DNA of 64,000 nucleotides from Amoebidium appalachense (GCA_963693365.1 CAVNZM010000001.1:3798907-3862906), one strand, 5' to 3'; numbered from the stretch's first letter, positions 39,200 to 63,110 are shown. Numbers and translations are program-made. The notes: a model not told the origin generated them from the letters alone.

Positions 39200-40560
39200 G
39201 AGGGGGGGGGAGGGGGAGGGGGGGGGGGGGGGGGGGGGGGGGGGAACACACGGTCTCTGTCACGCCGCACCGCAAACACTTTTCGGGGTTCGGCTCCTTG
39301 GGGCCCCACACCGACCGAGGCTTCTCCCTTGTTTTCTGACCCCCCCACAGGCAGTGTGTTAGATCCCGCAAAAAAAAAAAAAAAACAGCGCCCTACGTAC
39401 ATAATTAGGCATCAGAGTGCTCAGCCTCGTTACACATCCCCAAATATGGTAGTGCGAGGTGGCCTTTCAAGGCTGTTAATCAAAGTATCCCTGTGCCCTT
39501 ACCCATTTCCGGTTCACAGATGCGGATCCTATATTCCAGTCCATTTCGCCGTATGAGACATTTCGCCGTATGAGACAAAATGCTGAAATATGGTGCCACC
39601 CTTGTATATGACCACAACAGTGCATTGAATGTATTAACATATGTGCTGTTGTCTGCCACACAAAGCAACTACCATGCGCCCATCGCAAACCCGACATGCA
39701 AACCACCAACCCCTGAACAATTCACCTTTTACGGAATAACAGGCATCTGCCTCCGCCTGTCACGTACATTCCCACAACCCCCCCTCCTCCCCCCACTCAG
39801 CCTAAGCCTTTCAATGGGACCCCCCCCCCCCTCCCCCCTCTCCACCCTTCCCCACACAGCATTACAAACACACCCCAACCCCGCCTACCTTTGGCTGTAG
39901 TGCCGGTGGTGACTCACTCTCCCTCCCTCTCTTCTGTGCTAGTAGCTTGGCGAGAATTTCAGGATGAACAGGGGGGGGCTTCAACTTCCGTGGGGGTGCC
40001 AGGGGAGGGTTTTGCCTGGAGGTCCCCCCTATGCTGGCCCGGGGAGTGGGTGTAGGTCTAGGGGAAGGCAGGGTGGTGTCTCTAGGGGGCCACGATGCAA
40101 GAGTGCTAGCTGGTCGCAATTGGCCGGCAGGCATGATGGGTGACTCTGGATGGGGGGGGGGGGGGGGGGTTTAGAGTATGTTCGAAGTACGAAGTTTTAA
40201 TCCATAAAAAGACAGCACAAGGCGGATTTGCCAAAAAGGGCACAGGGAGAGTATGCATAACAAGTATATCCCATCCTCAAGTGTGTGTCTGTGGGGGGGG
40301 GGGAGTCATCCACAGCACACGACTTTTAACCTATTCACCTCGCAAACAAACATAACCCAGAAACAGCTACACTTGTTTGATCATGGGCGTTTAGTTAACT
40401 CGTTCAGAGGCGGGCAGGATTACGTCGTCCCCCGTTTGCTACCTACACGATATATTAAATTTCCTGGCTAACACACTACGCTTACTAAAAGGTATTCAGT
40501 CTCTGCGCCACAGAACTCGATCAGAGAAGGGGGGGGGGGAGGGGGGGTCCAAGTTGTGCT

Positions 40561-40607
<47 letters not shown>

Positions 40608-40755
40608 CAAACGTGACTTATTTCAAAACCTAGAGAAAGGAGGGAAGAAAAAACTATCGATGCCAACAAAAAATGAAAACAGTGTGAGGAAGTGGGGTGG
40701 GGTCGGGGCGCGCTAGGTTGGTCGGTTGGTCGGTTGGTAGGGGAAGTGCTGGAAA

Positions 40756-40809
<54 letters not shown>

Positions 40810-41499
40810 GGGGGCCTCATGAAGGGCGGAAAACTACATAACACAGAAGCCAGCCCCCTTTATATATATATTCTGGACCTATTCTCCTTATCTTTGGCGC
40901 ACCTGCGCGGACCTGTATCTGTGTGCAAAGTCGTAATTCATGAGAGCAACATAACCCCCATTATTCTTTAACAGCAACATAACCCCCACTATTCTTTATC
41001 AGTTCTGTCGTCACTAACACCCTATGGACGGATGTACCTTTAAGCTCGATGCCCCTGTCCTTTGCCCAAGCCAGCAGACACTCCTTGACCTCGGTGTTGT
41101 TCTTTAACGTTGCAAGATCCAGTGCCTAAATGAGACGAGGGCATTGGTCAATGGCAATCATGCACCAAAAAAGACAAGCAACGAGAACTAGCCATTGGCT
41201 GGGTGGGTGATTGTTACTGGCTAAGACTGCGCCACTACGGTCCCGCCTTGACTCTAATCACACTCAGATATGGGTCCAACCGTTTGGCCCGAGCACACCC
41301 CCAATACACTCCACACCCACCCACCTACCCGCCCTACCCACCGCCATGCGCACACACTCCCAACCACCCGTCCACCAGTCCTCCCCTCCCCTCCCCCCCC
41401 CCCCCCCCCCTTCCGTCCCACCCACTCATCCACACACCCACACGCACAAGCAACGACAAACACCCACACACTCATATACACACATCCACTTCCACCGCC

Positions 41500-41534
<35 letters not shown>

Positions 41535-42607
41535 ATTCACCCACCCACCCACACACGTACCGATCTCCCCCCGTGTGTTCTGCAGTGCAGGTCGGCGCCA
41601 TGTCTGCACAGCAACTGCACCATGGGCACGTGGTTGAACACAGCCGCCCAGTGGAGAGGGGACCAGCCTGCAGACACGGGTCATTGATTAGCATCTTAAT
41701 CGGTATCGCGTAAAAAAAATGCCACTACAACGACAGTTCTATGCTATAATGATGTCAGAATCTTGTAAAAGACCTTGCCTATTACCTATATAGACGGCAC
41801 AGTCTCTTTTTCTAGATATTGCAGATTAGCCCTATTAAAACCTTTTTAGCAATGTCGACTCAGATGTTAACGATGATATTAGTATTTCTTGGAAGAGCAT
41901 CGTGTGTCCCGATGTCATAAAAAAAAGAAAGACAGAAGGAACCACGAAACATGTCTCCTGCACCACCGTATTGACAACAACCTCTCTCCCCTCCCCCCCT
42001 CCCTTTTTTTGCCTTCTTTAAAAAGAAAAAAAAAAAATTAGGAGGAAAGAAAAAAAGAAAACGAAAAAGATACGAACTATTGAATCGTACGGCTACCAAT
42101 TAATTCGAACTCCCCCAGGGTCCTTTCCACTCGAAAGAGGAGGAAGGGGGGGGGTTTGAATGCGGAACACAGTACAAAGTACGCATACACGATGAGAAGC
42201 ATGGTGCAGGACACATGCAAAGGCAAACATTCAAGTATGCAACATCAGCCATGCGCACAGTATGCGTCATAAGCAGAGCCCATCCTCAGGGAGGGCCCAA
42301 GTCATCAATTGCGTCTGAGTTTCGACCCCTTAGCCCGCGTATATACGACGCTCCAACTCAAACAGCAGCATCAACTGAACTTGGGTGGGTCAACCCGTCT
42401 TGATCAAAGACGAGCAGGGTTGCTTAGAGGAAGGGGGGGGGGAGGGGGGGGAAGGAAAAAAGCAAAAGAAAAGAAAAAGGCAAGAAAGAAACCGGGGACT
42501 ACCAAACGAAACACTCAGCGTCCCATCAGCACACCGCACCAGCACACGTTCACAAGCCCAATACTCATGTCCACCACCCTTCACCAGATCTCTTACTGGC
42601 ATGCATG

Positions 42608-42667
<60 letters not shown>

Positions 42668-42999
42668 CCCCCCCCCCCCCCCCCCCACCCACCCACCCCC
42701 CTGCCCCCTACCCACCCACCTTTACTATCCACGACATTTGCTGCTGCCCCATGCAGCAACAGCGTCTCCATCACATCCGTGGCCGGGGTCTTTGCAGCCG
42801 TTATAACGGGCAGGCTGCCCGTGTGTCCTAATATGGCATTCACACTGGCACCCTCCCTCAGTGCATCGGCTACAAGCTGCGCCTTACCGGCACCAATGGC
42901 CTCTAACAGTTTGTCCTGGTGTGTGTGCATGAGTGGGAATGGGTGGTTGTGCATGTGGGGGAATGGGTGGGTGTGTCGGTGGGTGGGGGGAAGGGGAGG

Positions 43000-43031
<32 letters not shown>

Positions 43032-43140
43032 GGGGGGGATGGAGAGACAGAGAAGGGTAGAAGAGGGAGGGGAGAGGGGAAGGGGGGTGTTAGTGTTTGT
43101 CAATTGAGTTGGTAAGGTTGGGCTAGATTTGTGTGTGTGT

Positions 43141-43179
<39 letters not shown>

Positions 43180-43295
43180 CTTTGTGTGTGTGTGTGTGTG
43201 TGTGTCTGCAGTGGAAGAGCGGGACGAGGGGGGAGGGGGAGGGGGGAAGGGTGATTGCTAGTGGTTGTCACTCGAATTTGTGCGTCTGGGCTAGA

Positions 43296-43365
<70 letters not shown>

Positions 43366-43611
43366 TTTGTTTGTAGTAGTGGTGGAGTGTGTGTCCGCGT
43401 GTGTGTGTACCTGTGTGTGTGGTAATGATGCTGTTATGATAGTGGTGAGTGTGTCCGTGCGTTTGGAGGAAGGGAGGTGAATGAGAAGTTTGGTGGGAGC
43501 CTGCACTGTACGTGTGCAGGCCGGGCATTGCTTTGTTTGCACAGTGTGGCCGACACATGCTCCCTCTCGTGCGTGCGCATATCCCATGTTGATTGATCTC
43601 AAACTTGCCTA

Positions 43612-43645
<34 letters not shown>

Positions 43646-44423
43646 ATTTTTTTTTCCTCCTCACACAGTAGCAGATGCACAACCCCTTCCTATTCGTGTT
43701 TCCGGTTAAACCCCCCTCCACCTCACTCCGTTAGGATAGCCTCTGGTGGTACTTAGCACCGTCCGGCTTTCCCCCTTAGACTTCTTTCTCCTCATACAGC
43801 CCTCCCTCGGACTACGTGCCCATCCCCCCCCCCCCCCCCCCCCCTCCCTCCCTCCCCTCCCCCCTCCCCCCCCCTTCGCCGCCCAAAACCCTCTACCTGA
43901 AAACCGCCCTCCCTCCCCCCTCACCTCCCACTCACCCACCCACACACCCCCCCCCCCAAAAAGGCAAGCCATTACACAACTTCCAAAGTTCTCACTCTCT
44001 TGCGCCCTCATTCCCTCCCTCCACCTGTTCTTTCCCTCCCTAAACTCTCTCTCGCGCCCTCCCTCTCCCCTCCTTCCCCTCCCCCCCCCTCCCCCCCTCC
44101 CTGTCCCTCTCTCCTTCCCTCCCCTCTCCCCCCCTTCCCCCCCAAAAAATCTCGAACTGGTTTGAAGAACAAAATGGCCCCCAAACAAAGCCTCAGCATA
44201 CCAACAGCAAAAGGTCGTGAAACTAACCGAAGCATGTGACAAGGCAGTGTGAGTTGGGGTGAAAGCACTGAGTCTGATAGCTATACCTACGCCTGTGTTT
44301 TTTGTGTCTGCATATGATCGTCACAGACGCACACACAAACGTTAACTAATAATTTCCTCTCGGCCGGGACCATCATACCTGTGGGTTTTTTGTAGCCGGC
44401 GGTTCAGCGGGTGAAGAAGCCAT
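38100..44423 (-). CDS. Ankyrin-repeat protein with a C-terminal GATA-type zinc finger (CX2CX18CX2C); exons 44423-44379, 42915-42720, 41667-41561, 41125-41038, 40109-39889, 39335-39252, 38189-38100
   Basis: Phase-consistent exons give ANK motifs (LLLHGAAANVVDSKGWSPLHWAA, HGADLH, SALDLA) and CLRCGVTET|IQWRKGPEGKKNLCNSCGVRY; the first exon is the least certain. Confidence 0.8.
42155..42426 (-). mobile_element. Family B C-tailed structured retroposon copy with ~15-bp TSD
   Basis: TSD gaggaa(g)9 at 42140-42154 and 42427-42441; homologous to 51210-51450 and 46433-46570. Confidence 0.8.
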
Positions 44424-45661
44424 GGCAAAAACCTACACCAGAGGGTGGCAGGGGTCTGGAGGAGGGAGGGAGGAAGCGGGGGTGGGTGGGGGTGGGATGT
44501 TAGACAATGCACGTGTGGGACACGGCGGGGAAGTGGGGGGGGGGGGGGGGGGGAGAGCGGGGGAGAGGGGGGGGGGGGGGAGCAGTGTGCCGACATTGGC
44601 ATGGCAAGGTGATGCAGAAAGACAGAAACAAACGGATATGATGCACACTGCTATAAACAGGTCAGGGGATGGGGGGGGGGGGGGGGGGGGGGGGGAGGGA
44701 GGGAGGACGGGGGAGGGAGGGAGGGAGGGAGGGAGGGAGGGAGGGAGGGAGGGAGGGAGGGAGGGAGGGAGGGAGGGAGGGAGGGAGCGGGGTTTATGGC
44801 TAGGCTTGTGTGTGTGCATGTGTGTCACTGTGTGCCACTGTGTGTCTGTGTGCTTGTGTTTGTGCACGCACGTGTACACAAGTGTTTGCCTAGGTAACTT
44901 CGTGGAAAACTCTTGCAGGTGTGCCTCTTGTACTCGGGTACGTGTCTTTGCGTGTGTCGGTACTTTGCTTTGTGCGTAGGCGTGCGCGTTCAGAGAAGAG
45001 GGGCAGAAAAAAAGAATTAAGCTTAACGTCATGCCCGCACCAACCCGCCTCCTGTGCGTCCCCCCACATACTGCATGTGTGGCTCGTTCTGAAGAAGCAA
45101 TCTTAGTCGCAACCTAAGACAAAAGGAGGACTGTCTTGCACTCTACCCACCTCCTAGCAGTGTGTAGTAGTGTGTCGTGCGATGTCAAGGTGTGTGTCGC
45201 CGCACATTGTGCCCGCTGGTGGCCTTCGTGGCCCGTATATGTCCGCGCAAAGTCACAAACTCGCACACACACTCTCTCTCTTGCCCTCTCTTGACACCCC
45301 AACAACTACTTTATCTGTCCCGGAGCCAGACGTCGCGCACCTGCCTGTCGAGCCAAGTGACTGCCTGCAACTTGCAGGGTTGTGAATACCAGGGTTTGAT
45401 ATTTTGAAATTTGGTCATCAGTAACGTCATGCGTGTGATTACGAAAGGCTCGAGCTCAGATAGCTAACTAACACGTACTGGCGTATTGCCGCACGTGCGA
45501 CGTTATACATCTACTTGAGGCGGCAAAAAAAAAAAAAAAAAAAAAAAAAGAAAAGGGAGACACCGCCTCAGTAGGTGGTAGGATAGCTAACGAGTGGCAT
45601 TGCAAGGTTTGAAGACAGAGCTGAGAGAGAGGGTGGGATACTTGTAGTTTTTTGTAGATAC

Positions 45662-45706
<45 letters not shown>

Positions 45707-45892
45707 CGTACGTGTGTTGTAGTTGTCTTGCTGGCACACGCGCAAGGAGGTGTGACACGCATAGCAAGCGGGCCCCACAATTGCCTGAGTCGTGTCACTG
45801 TGGCAGGCAGGCAGGCAGGCAGGCAGGCAGGCACGCACGCTCGCACCTGAGGAAGGGGGTTTGGGGTAGGAATATGCGGCACAGCTTGGGAG

Positions 45893-55939
<10,047 letters not shown>

Positions 55940-56129
55940 GTGCAGGCATTTTATTCCGAGATAATGCATCGGTTGGATTTCTGCCGCAACAGGCACCTTG
56001 GTGGGTTGTACAGTTGGGCCCTCTGGGGGCTTTTCAGTGTAATACAGTTTCTGCAAAAACATGCTTAGGTGTGCATGCTATCTGCACTTGTACGAGCGTG
56101 TTTAAGTAGCGGTGTGCATTTTTTTTTTT

Positions 56130-56177
<48 letters not shown>

Positions 56178-56996
56178 GGGGGGGGGGGGGGAGGGGGGGG
56201 GGGGGGGGGGGGGGGGAGGGGGGGGGTTGGTCAGTTGTGGAGTTTGAAGGTTTTGCATGCACCATTGGCTGCACGCATGTTGCTGCTGGTGGTGGTGGTG
56301 GCCCCTAGTATCATTTATGTTATCTTAGATGTTTTATGTAAATTCGTGTTGGGCGGCAGACATCAGCCTTGCCCTACATAGTCTTATGTTCATTGATACC
56401 AACATGCTGCAGTGCACCTGCGCATAATCGTGTTATATATCATGCCCTGTATAGATCCCAATAGCAAGCTGCTCCTTATACTTGTGTGCCCTTTATGTGC
56501 CAGTATAATGATATCATAACAATACTTCAACTTAGCTTGCTACTTGTTTGCTCACCATGTTAGCCTTTGTGTATAGATAGCAACCACATCTGCTTCCTTA
56601 TACTTGTATCCTCTAGTTCACTCCCATTCGAATGCTCTCTGTTGTGGCAGAAAAACACCCATTCCGGGGGCAGAATTCCCCTTAGACCAACATGGCTCCA
56701 TAGATCGAACCGTAGTATGACGCAACCGGCAGGGGGAATGCTGGCATCCCCTCGGCCCACAAACTATAAATAGACTCGATGGGTGGCAGGCCCACCCAAA
56801 TAGCCAACGAAATGCACCGGCACATATATTGGTTTACCCCTTCCCCCTCTCTCCCTGATAATAGGCTCTGCTTAATATGCGTATACTCTTTGTGTGGTTT
56901 GCACTCTGCATTGTCTTGTCCGTGATAAATGTGTACTAGAGTATACGGTAGTATAGGGTACTCTAAAACACATTCTAACCCAACCCCCAACACACC

Positions 56997-57039
<43 letters not shown>

Positions 57040-58281
57040 CCAAAAAGGGAGGGCATGAAAAAAGAAAACAAATTAGTCCAATGTTGGTGCTGTGTAGCAG
57101 ACGGTAGTTCCCTCGAGGGCCTGCAAAGGTCCTCTCAGAGCAAGACGTGATTAAAAAATAAAGATAAAAATAAAGGAATAAAAGAACAGTCCTAGTAGTA
57201 CTTGATTAAAAAACATTACAAAAAGCTTCAAAACCCACTTCACTTCAACAATCATATCTCTCGATGGGTGCTGAATTGAAAATTATAAGCATGGTGATCC
57301 GGCCAGGGGACGCATGCGCATGCAGGAGAGTACCGTGTATACGCGTGGCAAATTTGCAATGCCAAAAGATGAAGGTTGTCCTTGTACATCACGGTAAAAT
57401 CAAACATTGAACCTTGAGGTCGCATTGATGCCACACCGGTGGCCAGAATTCTTGACGGTTCTATGTTAATACATGCATACATTTTAGTCGGCATACAAGT
57501 CAATGCATGCGTATACAGTGTACACTTTTGCCAATGACATGCATGCTCAAGCTCCAAGTGTGATTCAGTCCCATATTTGGGCAAGGCCAATCAGTTTGAA
57601 AGACCTGCAAACTATTCTCAACAATTGCAATGATTGGCACCACGAACCGCCCCTAATATTCTTTGGATCATGTACATTGGTGCCCCTTTGACTGTGTGGT
57701 ATTTTTCAAGGTATATTGGTCACTGCGTGCATGTTTGTCCCAGTGGGTGCTTGCATGGTGGGCCTGAACTGGTCCCCTGGCCTTCATGACAGAGGCGACT
57801 GTCTATAGCCATGGTTGACGAAGCATTAAAGTGATTAGAAATTCAAGTATGGGTGATGCATGGGAATGGAGAGAGCGGCCTCTAGTTCTGGGGTCATGAG
57901 TGGCCATGGGTGGCTCCGGGAGGTGGTGGTTGTGTGTGTGTTATGCCCATAATGGGGGATGGGGAAGGGGGTGGGTGGGGGCGGGTGGGTTTGGGGGGGG
58001 GGGAAGGGGGGGGGGACGGTTGGAGATCATGGGAGGCACACCATCGGGGAATGCAAAACTGCACATGTATTAGCAAGCCCACCATTGTCTGTATCCATGG
58101 AAGAGTGTACAAGAACTTGGTGGAATGTTGTGGGTGGGTGGGTGGGTGGGTGGTTGGTTGGTTGGTTGGTTGGTTTGGGGGGGGGGGGGGGGGATGAGAT
58201 GTACACTAAGCGACCATTATTACTGCTGCTGCTGATGTTGCATGCATTGGAAGCCCTCTGGCAGGTGGTGGTGGTGGTGCC

Positions 58282-58314
<33 letters not shown>

Positions 58315-58768
58315 ACGTGTCTGCGTGTGTCTGCGTGTGTGTGTGTGTGTGACAAGTGTTTCGGGGGAGAGGGGAGGGGTAACTCAAAGAAGAACCTTGA
58401 TTCTCCGGGCAAGTCGAGCAGGTCCATATGCTGAACAGATGATGGGGGGACACAGGATTTAGTGCGGGGCGGGCCGGCGGGCGGCGCGGGGGGGGGGGGG
58501 GGGGGGGGGGGTTGAATGCGGAACACGGTACGAAGTACACATACGCGATGAGAAGCTTTGTTGGAGGGGGGGGGGGGGGGAGGGGGGGGGAAGGGGGGGA
58601 GGGGGGAAGGGGGGGGGGAGGGGGTAAATATTCAAGTTCTGTGATGTCTTGGGTCATCAAAATGAAGAAAGAGAAGTGGCAATATATCCAAACATGCATA
58701 ATAGAAGGGTGGGTGGATTGGGGGTAGGGAAAATGAGGGTGTTGCAGACCTGAGGTTTGTGTGGATCC

Positions 58769-58811
<43 letters not shown>

Positions 58812-59039
58812 ACCAGGGAGACGGACCCCAATGGTGGGTAGCGGGAGTAGAGGTGGTGCCCTAGATCTACTGAGAGGGGAAGAGGCCAGCATAGGCTGTA
58901 AGGGCATGACAGGACTGGGGGAAAGGGGGAGGCGGGGGTCGGGGGAGGGGACGGGCGGGGGGGAAAGGAGGGGTGGAGGGTGGGGGGCAGGGAATGGAGT
59001 GGGGTTAAGGTGGGGTTATCAGTTTTGCCGAATGTTTAT

Positions 59040-59070
<31 letters not shown>

Positions 59071-59746
59071 GGGGGGGGGGAGGTAGGAAGGGGAAAGGGG
59101 GGGAGGGGGGAAACTGGAGAAACGAGAGAATGGTAAGGAAAGGAGGGCAGTTGAAGAAGAGAAGCGGGAGGGTGTGAGGTGTAGGAGACTGTCAGAGAAG
59201 GGAGAAGACATAGGAAACGAGGCTGGTTGGGTACATAGGTTTGCTCAGAAGGGGTTTTATTTTATTTTTTATTTATTTATTTATTTTATTTTATTTTATT
59301 TTTTTTTTTGGGGGGGGGGGGAGTGTTACATGCGTGCAGGCTACGTGTGCTATACTAACGGATTCCATTGTGTGTGTGTGGGGGGGGGGGGGGGGGGGGG
59401 GGGGGGAAGGGGGGGGGGGGGGGGGGGGGAGAGGGGGGGGGGGGGGGGGGAATGAGAAAGGATAACAGGGCGGCGGGGTGGGTGGATGGAGGAGGGGGTG
59501 GTGGGGGGGGGCGGAGGGGAGGGCGGGGGCGGGGGGGGACGGCGGCAGACACGATCTTGCACAGTGTCATATGATGAAGGTGTGTTTATTCACGGACTGG
59601 GCTACATACTAAGTGCTATATACAGTTAGGTGGGGTCCTACGCAGTCTCGCCGTGCCGTCTGCGCCCTGCTCGCCAGGAGACCAAGGCTGCAGTGGGGGT
59701 TCTATCCCAAATTCCAGGGACCAAAGAAAGAGTCGGGGGGGGGGGT

Positions 59747-60772
59747 CTAAAACTCGCTCTTGAGAGAGCGGCCCTGCAGGTTCTTGAGTGCGTCGCTGAT
59801 GGACAGGCCATGGTACAGCACGCGGTACACCTGCTCGGTGATGGGCATATCCACCCCGAGCTTCTCGGCCAACTGGTGCGCCCCCTCCGCCGCATACACG
59901 CCCTCTGCAACGGCCTTCATGCCCTGCTTGATGTCTGCAATGGTCTCGCCCTTGGCCAGGCGTTGGCCCACCGTGAAGTTGCGCGAGAGAGGGCCCGTGC
60001 AGGTCAGCACAAGGTCGCCCACCCCGGCCAGAGACGTGAGGGTGCGGATATCACCTCCCTTGGCTGTGATGAGCCGCCCAAGCTCGGCCAAACCACGTGT
60101 GATGAGTGCGGCACGTGCGTCGTAGCCAAAGCCAAACCCGTCGCTGGCGCCACAGGCAATAGCAAGGACGTTCTTGATGGCACCGGCCAGCTCGCAGCCG
60201 ATAATATCGCTGGAGGTGTAGGCGCGGAACACGGTGTCGCTGAGCTGCAGTTGCACCTTGGTGGCTATTTCCGGGTCGTGGCTGGCTACCGTGACGTTGG
60301 TGGGCATACCCAGCGCAACCTCCTTGGCAAACGATGGCCCACTCATGCACCCAAGATAGCGCGTGTACTTGCCTGGGAGCTCGTCACGCACTATCTCCCA
60401 CGGGGTGTCGAGGGTGTCCTTTTCGATACCCTTTGAGCAGCAGATGATTGGAACACCCACAGGGAACACTGCACGATACTTAATCACAAAACTGCGCAGG
60501 AAGGGCGTGGGCACGACAACCAGGACTAGCTCTGTGCCTGCAAAGGCTTCCTCGACAGTGGCAACGGCGTGCACTGTGGGAGAGAGGGGGATATCGGGCA
60601 AGAACACAGTGTTTTCGTGCTTGTTGTTGATAGCGTCCCTGACTTCCTCCTCCATAACCCAGACGTCTACGTTAACATTCTGTCGCCCAAGCAACTGGGC
60701 CATTGCTGTGCCAAAAGCGCCACCGCCAAGAACTGTGGCTTTAGCGGGCTTGTGTGCCTTAGTGTCAGTCAT
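59747..60772 (-). CDS. gpsA: NAD(P)H-dependent glycerol-3-phosphate dehydrogenase, bacterial GpsA type, intronless
   Basis: VLGGGAFGTA Rossmann motif, SKGIE, SGPSFAKEV, ELAGAIKNVLAIACG, GVGDLVLTC, SRNF, VAEGV. Confidence 0.95.
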   Translation of the reverse strand: MTDTKAHKPAKATVLGGGAFGTAMAQLLGRQNVNVDVWVMEEEVRDAINNKHENTVFLPDIPLSPTVHAVATVEEAFAGTELVLVVVPTPFLRSFVIKYRAVFPVGVPIICCSKGIEKDTLDTPWEIVRDELPGKYTRYLGCMSGPSFAKEVALGMPTNVTVASHDPEIATKVQLQLSDTVFRAYTSSDIIGCELAGAIKNVLAIACGASDGFGFGYDARAALITRGLAELGRLITAKGGDIRTLTSLAGVGDLVLTCTGPLSRNFTVGQRLAKGETIADIKQGMKAVAEGVYAAEGAHQLAEKLGVDMPITEQVYRVLYHGLSISDALKNLQGRSLKSEF

Positions 60773-61893
60773 GTTGGTGTGAAAAAGTGAAAGACAGAGA
60801 TGCAAACACTGAGAGAGGTAAACACAGCTGATGGTGGATTCTATTGAAACTTGTACTCCTGAAAAAGAAGGGATGCTTTTTTATAGGCGACGTTGGAATG
60901 TCGATTGGTGATGAATGTGGGGATTCGGAGGTCGGCTGAAAAAAGACGTGACTTAACTTAATGAAAACATTTGATTAGTGCATGTGAATTTTTCTCCTTG
61001 TGCATACCTGTACACATCGCTAGTAATAAGAGTGCTTCTTCTGATCTTTCTGATAAGCTAATACAAAGTGATATATGGTAATTACAAATTCCTGCATCTA
61101 TACAGGCAGTAGAGAAGTGCATGAACACTTCCACCCGAAGGCACGGAGTATGATGATTATGATCGGCTAAAAGGGCATGCTGACTGGCCGTTTAAAAGCT
61201 TTTAAAAGTTGATTGGCTCATCACCCTTGTTCTCCCTTGAAGCGGCTTTTTCCTGGAAGGCCAATATTTTCCAGGGGTTTACACACTTTTTATAATATTG
61301 CGTGGACACTGCCGGAGGCCCAGCCACGAATTCGACGGCCTACTGCGTTTTCCAGCGCAGCCAATCAAATGCAGCCAGTGACATATGTACATGCTAGGCA
61401 ACAATGAGCGCCATCGTAGTATATGACACCCCTATTACATATTATGGATAAGCAGAGGCTAGCATCGGTAGCTCCGAAAGAAAGTTAAGGCACCGGATCA
61501 CGATATCATACTGTGCAGCATTAATAAGGTGATCTAGGATAGTCATCTTAAAACGGATATATTGAGGAAGGGAGGAAGAAAAGAGAATAAAACCGCCAAT
61601 AACCTCCGGTTCTAATACATTAGCTAACAGGTTGCACTTATTGATAGATATGCAGCCGCGTGGCCGCCAAGAATTGTTCTCCGACCCGACCTCAGTGTCA
61701 GTTCTGAATTATTGATCACGGGGGTCATTTTTGAGAGTCCTCCCGGCATACGCCAATCAGGCCGACACCGTGTGGGGCCGTGTTTTGCTCTTACTTTATA
61801 TGGTATTTTAGCCAGTATTTCTGAGTGTCAGCCTATAGGAATCGACACGATCATCGAGTCGCGACTTGGCCCCCGGAGTCCGGAGGCTCCGAG

Positions 61894-62032
61894 CAGTGTT
61901 GTGCAGCTGTACCGGACCTTTGCGACTACGACTCGACTTGACTAATTAGTCAAGTTTTGGGACTTTGTCGACTACGACTACGACTGGAGTCGGGGTTGGG
62001 CCAACGACTTGACTACGACTACGACTACGACT
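61894..62032. repeat. (CGACTA)n-rich segment starting cagtgttg; possible hAT-type transposon end
   Basis: Multiple cgact/agtcg units; no partner end found. Confidence 0.4.
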
Positions 62033-62116
62033 TTCATATTATGCCTTGAATTAATGGCAGCAGTCGGCCCAAGGGGGGGAGGGAGGGAGAGGGGGGTGTT
62101 ACAGGCAATTTCTGCA

Positions 62117-62170
62117 GCAGGCAATTTTTGCACTGACGCTGGTACCATGAGTCAGGGAATTTTTGCACAG

Positions 62171-62223
<53 letters not shown>

Positions 62224-62437
62224 AAAAAAATAATAAAAAAATAAAAACAAAAACATTCCCCTTTCAAAGTCACCCAGACACGTGCATACACACAATACAC
62301 ACACACACCGTGTCACACATATACACACACACATATATACACACACGTGCACGCACACATAGTATACACACGTGTACACACACACATACACACTGTGCAT
62401 GAGCGCGCGCGCACACACACAGACACAGACACTGTAA

Positions 62438-62478
<41 letters not shown>

Positions 62479-62816
62479 ACCAGACACACACATATGCACG
62501 TACACAGTCTAGCGTAACGCGCGCGCACGCACGCCCGCTCGCACAGTGTCCACGAACAAACACACACACGTGCATGCACGCACACGCACACACACACGCG
62601 CGCGCGCGCATGTACACACATACACATACACAGGCACACGAACACCCACACCCACACACTTCTGACGTGCACAATCTAATTTACGTAATGCGCGCGTGTG
62701 CGGGTGCGACAGGCATGAGGTATATATTGCATGTGTAGAGTGGATGCAGTCACCCTAGCACACACACACACACAGACACACGCACACACACATACACACA
62801 CACACGCGCGCGCACG

Positions 62817-62868
<52 letters not shown>

Positions 62869-63110
62869 GTGACACACACACACAGACACATGCACACCCA
62901 CACACACACCCTTGTGACGTGCACAGTCTAACGTAATGTGCGCGCGTGCGCGTGCGTGCACACACACACACACAGACACACGAACACCCACCCACACACT
63001 TATACATGTACATGCACATTCTAACGTAATTACAATGATTGTGGGGGGGGGGGGGAAGGTGCAATAATTCCTTGGCTCATGATACCGATGTCAGTGCAAA
63101 AATTGCCTGC
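62117..63110. mobile_element. MITE-like element with ~52-bp inverted repeats enclosing simple repeats
   Basis: gcaggcaatttttgcactgacgctggtaccatgagtcagggaatttttgcac (62117-62168) versus a near-perfect reverse complement at 63059-63110. Confidence 0.75.
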
